From Macrostomum lignano (Eukaryota), in contig NIVC01002846.1 in NCBI GenBank assembly GCA_002269645.1, forward strand, positions 6,491 to 70,490: a stretch of DNA of 64,000 nt, written 5' to 3'. A program made the translations under genes and the position numbers. Below are positions 58,985-64,000 of the stretch, in pieces. The notes under the pieces are model-generated. The model was given only the letters and a program-made list of their open reading frames with translations. It was not told where the DNA came from and did no database searches. Each line of letters starts with the position of its first letter. The stretch's first letter is position 1.

Positions 58985-59700
58985 CAGGAATTCCATGGAT
59001 AATGAGGGGAATTCCATGGATAATGAGGGGAATTCCATGGATAATGAGGGAAATTCCATGGATAATGAGGGAAATTCCATGGATAATGAGGGGAATTCCA
59101 GGGATAACGAGGGAAATTCCTTGGATATTGAGGTGAATTCCATGGATATTGAGGGGAATTCCATGGATATTGAGGGGAATTCCATGGATATTGAGGGGAA
59201 TTCCATGGATATTGAGGGGAATTCCATGGATATTGAGGGGAATTCCATGGATATTGAGGGGAATTCCATGGATATTGAGGGGAATTCCATGGATATTGAG
59301 GGGAATTCCTTGGATATTGAGGGGAATTCCATGGATATTGAGGGGAATTCCATGGATATTGAGGGGAATTCCATGGATATTGAGGGGAATTCCATGGATA
59401 TTGAGGGGAATTCCATGAATATTGAGGGGAATTCCATGGATATTGAGGGGGAATTCCATGAATAATGAGAGAAATTCCATGGATATTGAGGGAATTCCAT
59501 GGATATTGAGGGGAATTCCATGGATATTGAGGGGAATTCCATGGATATTGAGGGGAATTCCATGGATATTGAGGGGAATTCCATGGATAATGAGATAATA
59601 GATAACAAGGGGAATTCCATGAATGAGTAGAATTCCATGGATATTCAAGGGAATTTCGTGGATGAGGGACATTCCATGGATAATGAAGTGAATTCCACTG
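58985..59700. repeat. 21-bp minisatellite (GGAATTCCATGGATATTGAGG)n directly after the METTL18 stop
   Basis: Direct reading; it explains the MEFPSIS and EGNSMDI ORFs. Confidence 0.95.
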
Positions 59701-59730
59701 ATAATGAGAATGCGATGGAATCAGAACCGG

Positions 59731-61139
59731 TCACCGCCGCCGCCGCAGCTCAAGAATCACTCGGGCCAGAGCCGCCGACTCCGTGCGCATGGCGGTCGAG
59801 TGGCTGAACTGGCCGCGACGGTCGAGGAAGTCGCAAAACAAAGACTCGGAGCCGCCGACGCCGAAGTAGCTGACCTTGGCGGCAACCAGAGCGACACCGT
59901 CCGGGGCCAGCAGATGGCTTAGCGCGTCGTGGAGCTGCTGGTAATAGTCGGATTGTAAATAGTCTCAGCTGTCAGCACCAGATCGAAGGCGCCGCGCGCC
60001 GCCTCCCAAGCCGCCAGGCCGGCCCAGCTACCGGCCAGGAACTCCAGCTGCGGCGGCCGCGCCAGATCGGCGAGGTTTAACCGGCAGTTCGGCATCGTCC
60101 AGGCTCGGAGCACTTCCGGGTTGAAGTCCTGAGAAGAGAATGAAGTGACAAGGGATAAAAGTGCAAATTTTGTGAACCACTGTGAAACGTCACGGACACC
60201 TCACCTGAAAGGCCACCTTCACTGGCCGGTGCCTTCTCAGGCAGCTCAGCCCAGGCAGTCCAGCTCCGCAGCCCAGCTCCATCACTCGGAGACCCGGCTG
60301 CAGCTCCGCCTTGTCCAGCAGCCATGTGGCCAAGTCTTCCGAGCACTCCCACAGCTGCAAGCCGCCTTCGTACACGCCGCTTACCTAGCAGTTAGGGAGA
60401 TGCTTTTAATTGGTGTCACTCAGTGAGGTTGCTTACCTAGCAGTTAGGGAGATGCTTTTAATTGGTGTCACTCAGTGAGGTTGCACACAAACAGACTCTC
60501 AGTGAGATTGCACACAAACAGACTCTCAGTGAGATTGCATACATTTAAACAGACTCTCAGTGAGATTGCATACATCCAAAAAGACTCTCAGTGAGATTGC
60601 ACAAATTAAAAAAACTCTCAGTGAGATTGCACACATTAAAAAACTCTCAGTGAGATTGCACACATTAAAAAACTCTCAGTGAGATAATTATTCATAATTT
60701 CAAAACTTGCAAAGCTTGCAACTTGTAACTTTAGGGGTAAACTGTGGCCTAATTTCTTTCCATTTTCCTCAGTAGCAAATAAAAAAGCAATACCAAAATA
60801 CAGACTAACCAAGTCTGTGCTTTGCTCAGAGTCTACAGGCATCAGGTCATTCGCCTTGGCCCATAGGCTGACCTCCTCAGGACAATAGTAGCTGACAGAT
60901 GCATTGGGGTCAGTTGATCCCTTTAGCAGCTGCACTGAGGTCACAAACATCATCCTCACAGACTGGCAGTTCATCTAGCTCTAGGCTGAGCTCCTTCAAT
61001 TGACCTGATGACTTATCTGATATTAGACCTATAGATTTGCTTTTGTTAGCCTGATTTTCACAGCTAGTTGAAATGCCAAACTGTCAATATCATTGCCAAT
61101 ATCCTTAGGGTCAATTTGGAAGTTGAATGAGAAGGCCAT
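59731..61139 (-). CDS. METTL18: Histidine protein methyltransferase 1 homolog, with apparent indels
   Basis: The start reads MAFSFNF at 61139. Exon segments are 61139-60810 (...QSTDL), 60384-60205 (VSGVYEGGLQLWECS...RVMELGCGAGLPG) and 60128-59731 (DFNPEV...FDLVLTAETIYNP-[+1]-DYYQQLHDAL...AAKVSYFGVGG). There is a 1-nt deletion near 59950. The 5' segment needs either two compensating indels or a short intron. Confidence 0.85.
60375..60685. repeat. ~54-bp tandem duplication of the METTL18 splice acceptor region, followed by a ~27-30-bp repeat (ACTCTCAGTGAGATTGCA core)
   Basis: gcttacctagcagttagggagatgcttttaattggtgtcactcagtgaggtt occurs twice, followed by about 7 units of the shorter repeat. Confidence 0.85.
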
Positions 61140-61588
61140 TTTTCCTCTGAAATTTTTATACAATTTAAATTTTAAAAAATTATTTTATTATATTTGGCTT
61201 GCATTTTGGTCTATAAAATTATCAATTTAATTTACAAAATAGCTATTTATTAGAAACTAGGCTTAATTACTCTAGTCTAAACTTTTCTAAATTTAAACTA
61301 TATACTTACAAGTTATATTGGCCAAACTAAAACTAAAAGTAAGAATATTGTCAAATAAAACCTAGGGCCTAACACTTGGAAATAGTTATTTATTAGAAAG
61401 TCTATTTATTTCATTGTTCTATGGTAAAAGTACACATATAATTATGTTTTTAACATTAATATTATAATATATATATATATATATATAAGTAAACATATTT
61501 TACAAATATTGATTTTGATAATTTCTAAAGAGTTTGACTAGGGCCTACTTTCTCTAGTATAGCTCTCTTTGATATATTGATAACCTAG

Positions 61589-62180
61589 AATTCTGGTTGT
61601 TTTGCCCCAAACTATTTTGGCCATAGACAGTTCACCCCAGACCATTTTGACCATAAACCAGTTTGGCTATAGGCATTTTGGCCAAAATGGTAATTATGTA
61701 ATTTAGAGATATAGCCATCTTTACATCTTTATTTTCTTTTTTCAATACTAATTTTTAGTTTTAATATATAATAAAATATGATCTAAATTGTTGCTGTAAC
61801 AATTGTGCTATTGTAATTTTTTATTTACAAATTTTATTTACAAAAAAATTGTAAATTATTATAAGTATTTTTAAAAAGTCATTCCTTTTGAAAGTGTGAT
61901 AACTAAAGCCAATTTTAAACAATCTGAGGATGAGAAAGGTTTTGTTTACAAGCAAGGTAAAGCTAGAAATACTAAAAGAATAAAATTTGTCACCAAAATT
62001 AAGAATTAAAGCACAAAGTTTAAAATCATAAAGTTTAAAAATGGTCCATGGCTGAAACTGTCTATGGGTGAAATGGTCTGTGGACAAAACAGTCTGTGGG
62101 CAAAATGGTCTGTTGGCAAAATGGTCTGGGAGCAAAATGTCCATGGCCAAAATGGTTTATGGGCAAAATGACCAGTTACC
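61589..62180. mobile_element. CpG-decayed MITE with inverted subterminal repeats (GGCAAAATGGTC..)
   Basis: The left end ctggttgttttgccc (61593-61607) matches the reverse complement of the right end gggcaaaatgaccag (62161-62175). Arrays of ~15-bp units run in opposite orientations at the two ends. Confidence 0.65.
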
Positions 62181-64000
62181 ATTTGTCATAAGTATAAATC
62201 TTAAAATTTTGCCTTCTAGCTAGCTCAGACTATTTTTAATTATAAAGATAGGCTATGGTCCATAGCCATATACTTATGACTGTGTTGTGCATGATTTTTT
62301 AAGGTGTAGCTTGTTAAGCGACAAAAAACTTAAATTAAAAAATAAGTTTTTAAAAATGTATATATTTGCTAGGCCTATTTATATTAGATGTATTATTAAA
62401 AAAGATCTAGAATCTTATTGAAAAGGCTTAGATATAATTGGATCTAGAACAGAAGCTAAACATGAATGGTGAACCTACTTTATTAAGTTTGTAATTTGGA
62501 ACCTAAAAGTAAATACTATAGGCCTACCAAGTATACCAAGTCGCAAGTGGTAAAGTTCAATATACATTTCTAAGATCGGTCAATAAGCTTAGTATAATAG
62601 CTCACTAATTTCTAGCCTACAAACTTTGAAATTGTGCACTTTGCAATAGCAGATTTGTAGCGTTTCTTTTATTTTACTAAATCTCAAATTTCTAATCATT
62701 TCACATGTAATCATTTCAAGTATTCCACATATATTTCAAGTGAGAAATTTTATTTTTTAAATCGCTCTTTTCTTTAGCCCAAATTACTACATGATCTGAA
62801 AAGCTCCATGATAAGACATTAGGACTTGCGTTAGCTAATTAAGTTTTGTTGACTTGAAGCTTTCGAGCTTGATCCCTTGCTGCCCAGGACGTTACGTCCA
62901 TGCCCATGCACGCAAAAGTTTTAAATTAAACAACATTAAAATCTTGGATTGAATACGATGCACGCGCTCGGTGGCACATAAGTCTATTAAATATTTAGTA
63001 AGAAATACTTTATATTTCTTTAATATTATATTTTCTGAAATGTAAATCGCACAGAGTATTTTCAGTAAATTATATCACTGGCACTTTGGTATACTGCATT
63101 ATTGTTTCGTTATTCAATCGTCGCGTCCCGTCGATAGATGGCAGTCAAAGAATGAGAGACCAATTTGAAAAAAAATGCACACTAACTATAGTTACGGTAA
63201 GAAAGAAGATAATGACTTATTTTTATATCAACAGGATAAGAGAGATCGAGAGATCAAGGAAGGAAGAAACAGGAATTAGAAGAAGCCGAAACAGAGGTTT
63301 TGCACAACTACTTCATGGTTGCTTCATGCGCAAAGCCCTATAATTTACGGCGTAATCAACAGTGCGAATTGGATGTACACGTTACAGGCTAGGTAGAAGA
63401 AGGATATATGTACGAGCGTATGGACCCAGAGAGATGAGCAGTGCAGGGTTTGTCTTAGATTGGTTCTTTGACAGGGTTGGAAAGAGCCTACATACACAAG
63501 TACAAGTACTTTCGACATCTAAGAGCGAAATCGACTGAAAAAATATTACCTAGGCCCATGGGTTTGCTATAACGTAATAAATGCAGACTGAAAACCAACT
63601 CTCTTTCCAAATCAACAGCTGCAGATTCCCGCAGATTGCAAAGTCAAGGCAGCATATTAGTAACGACTGGAACTAAACGGTGCTATAGCCTAAACCAAAT
63701 CAGAGAAAGCAGATTCTGCGCTCCGTTTCTTCTTTTCTTTTACAATATTCTCAAAATCTTGCAAGTTCCTTTTGAGGTGGGGGTAGCCTTCACAACAGTA
63801 CATTAGCCGCTGTTTGGGGGGACACATGCAGGGCCAGCTGATCCGATAAATTGAAGTCTAGCCCAAAACACTAAACATAGCCCGTTGCTAGGTTGGGGTC
63901 CGCTCTGCCCTCACAGAATTGGGGATTTTAATGCATTTGTTGAATTTGACGCCCTCTCCTTTCCTAGGCCGCTGCGATCCCCAAGCTAGTACACTTTTTT

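Noticed and set aside
1608-59672. Long repetitive ORFs (e.g. 1608-2438, 29905-30672, 31123-32007, 32941-33922, 46860-47537, 53239-53973, 58892-59672)
   Set aside because: They are translations of stop-free minisatellite units, open in several frames and on both strands, and mostly lie in introns or UTRs of genes reconstructed here.

Overview
This is eukaryotic genomic DNA from an animal with spliceosomal introns. The GC-rich exons, minisatellite-packed introns and AT-rich intergenic blocks resemble the flatworm Macrostomum lignano; that species assignment is an inference. I reconstructed 11 genes by hand with phase-consistent GT-AG splice sites: naked cuticle (+), ferroportin (+), GPATCH4 (+), a centrin-like EF-hand protein (-), an intronless SLC15/POT-like transporter (+), a lesioned AADAC-like esterase (+), LASP (-), two tandem ammonium transporters (-), PHYH (-) and METTL18 (-). 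There are also about 17 unrelated minisatellite arrays (about 11 kb), several MITE/foldback elements, and Tc1, mariner and possible hAT remnants. I found no rRNA, intact tRNA or CRISPR array. Four observations stand out. (1) Four sharply bounded CpG-depleted domains cover the first coding exon(s) and first intron of GPATCH4, the centrin-like gene, LASP and METTL18, while downstream exons of the same genes are CpG-rich. Inverted-repeat arms inside these domains record C-to-T decay at CpG and also CpA, suggesting a 5'-gene-body methylation or deamination system. (2) The two Amt paralogs are mosaics: about 99% identical over two tracts but synonymously saturated elsewhere, with unrelated introns, which suggests patchy gene conversion. 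(3) PHYH appears to have swapped PTS2 for PTS1 (-AKL). (4) A minisatellite next to PHYH is built from AGGTCA DR4/DR5 half-sites. Several 1-2 nt indels could be assembly errors.
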